Source: a virus (lineage: Duplodnaviria > Caudoviricetes). Taken from it: DNA of 26,545 bases. The notes below the pieces were generated by a model that saw only the letters and a list, made by a program, of their open reading frames with translations, was not told where the DNA came from and made no database searches. This document shows, piece by piece, positions 25,450 through 26,545 of the stretch (the first letter of the stretch is position 1; every line of letters starts with the position of its first letter). The translations under genes and the position numbers were made by a program. Where the stretch lies: positions 1 to 26,545 of the IMG/VR virus record IMGVR_UViG_3300037657_000297. One strand, 5' to 3'.

Positions 25450-26028
25450 ATGAAGAGTATTTGTGATCGATTTAAGGAGATAAGAACCGAATTGAATCTA
25501 ACTCAATCGGAAATAGGCGCTTTTTTAGGATTATCTCAAACTCAAATCGCGTCGATAGAAACGGGGAAATCCAACCCCACGGTCGAGACATTGAAAAAAC
25601 TCTCCGAGGTGGGAATTAACGAGGCGTGGCTGATCCGCGAGGCGGGATTGAAGTACGACATGTCCTATGAAGAATGGAAAACGTACAACGAGGAGTTCAT
25701 GCGCGGGGAAAACCCGCATACTGAAACAGCCGAAGCTAAGCAATGGGCTCGGCAGGAAATCTTGTGCGCCATCGGGAAAAACCCGCCGATACTATTGAAG
25801 GAACGTATACTTTTACGGAAAATGTTTCCGCCGAGCACGATTCAGCGCGCTATCGATGAGATCGACGGGCATTACCTCACGGTACTCCGCAGCTGGAAGA
25901 ATAATCCTGGCGTTCGCGCATTGTTCGATAAACTGCTGGAAACGCAGGACGATGAGGAGTTTCAAATGATGGCGTCGAACGTCTTATTGCTGATAAAAGG
26001 GGAAAGGATTAGAGAAGCGAAGAAATAG
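25450..26028 (+). CDS. XRE-family HTH phage repressor
   Basis: RFKEIR..LNLTQSEIG..LGLSQ..IASIETG..NPT, INEAWL; divergent from the early operon. Confidence 0.88.
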   Translation: MKSICDRFKEIRTELNLTQSEIGAFLGLSQTQIASIETGKSNPTVETLKKLSEVGINEAWLIREAGLKYDMSYEEWKTYNEEFMRGENPHTETAEAKQWARQEILCAIGKNPPILLKERILLRKMFPPSTIQRAIDEIDGHYLTVLRSWKNNPGVRALFDKLLETQDDEEFQMMASNVLLLIKGERIREAKK

Positions 26029-26038
26029 GAGGAAAGGG

Positions 26039-26545
26039 ATGAAAAAGGCGGTGTGGATCGGGATGTTCATGGTGATGTGGTCAGTGGCGTTTGGAGTATG
26101 TTTTTGGGGTTATGAAAAACGTGTCGATCCGATAGATGATTCCGTACTGCATTGCTTCGATGTTATTTCCGATTCTAGCGAAGGAACCTATGCGCTTTAC
26201 ATTTATTTTGAAGAAAATACCCCTTCGATTTATATTTACTGGCCGCAGTATATTGGAAAGAGTCCGATGGATGTTATTTGCCGTTTTGGTACGAATAAAG
26301 GACTTATGGAAACATGGAAACCGTCGAAAAACGGTCATAATACGATTTGTCCATTGCCGGAAGAATACATCTTAATGATCTTAGATAATGATAAGTTAAT
26401 AATAAGAGTCTTGGACACAATCGATGATAAAAATCATACTGTAGATTTCGATATAATCGGCCTCGCTGATATTTTTATGGAGCATATTGAGGATGTTCCC
26501 GGAGTAAAGGATATGTTACTAAAATGGAATGATAAAAGTAAGTAA
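26039..26545 (+). CDS. Exported protein (moron), weak resemblance to VasI-like family
   Basis: Signal peptide; D.IDD, IYIYW..YI, RF, W..S, FDIIGL pattern; AT-rich; AGGAGG SD overlaps the repressor stop. Confidence 0.55.
   Translation: MKKAVWIGMFMVMWSVAFGVCFWGYEKRVDPIDDSVLHCFDVISDSSEGTYALYIYFEENTPSIYIYWPQYIGKSPMDVICRFGTNKGLMETWKPSKNGHNTICPLPEEYILMILDNDKLIIRVLDTIDDKNHTVDFDIIGLADIFMEHIEDVPGVKDMLLKWNDKSK

Larger units (their letters stand above)
1..26545. mobile_element. Mu-like transposable prophage/phage (partial)
   Basis: Repressor, MuA, MuB, Gam, GemA, Mor/C, lysis, terminase, portal, MuF, protease, gp36, gpG in Mu-like order. Confidence 0.95.

Noticed and set aside
26029-26545. Mu-type phage end with transposase binding sites
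   Set aside because: The window ends at a stop codon; no terminal repeats visible.

Overview
Most of a Mu-like transposable (pro)phage. Almost all genes are on the minus strand, and the repressor is divergent on the plus strand. Right to left: putative exported moron and XRE repressor (+); early promoter; three early genes sharing a paralogous motif; an RHH repressor/structured leader/antirepressor-like module; MuA DDE transposase, MuB ATPase, Gam, GemA, HNH, MazG-like and deoxyribosyltransferase-like genes; Mor/C activator; lysis cassette; terminase subunits; a portal-MuF-putative nuclease fusion; protease/scaffold; cement; major capsid; head-tail connectors; start of a tail tube gene. The notable part is the non-coding layer: (i) a ~100 nt promoter-to-terminator RNA with a possible pseudoknot facing the MuF toxin domain; (ii) two tRNA-like genes with non-canonical anticodon loops; (iii) tandem ~95 nt RNA units carrying anti-RBS segments; (iv) about 13 copies of a double ANGGA-hairpin repeat, many abutting Shine-Dalgarno sites; (v) a hammerhead-like element; (vi) a second REP-like family inserted in-frame into proteins. 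Protein calls come from motif recognition and gene order only; no searches were run. Phage ends are not visible.
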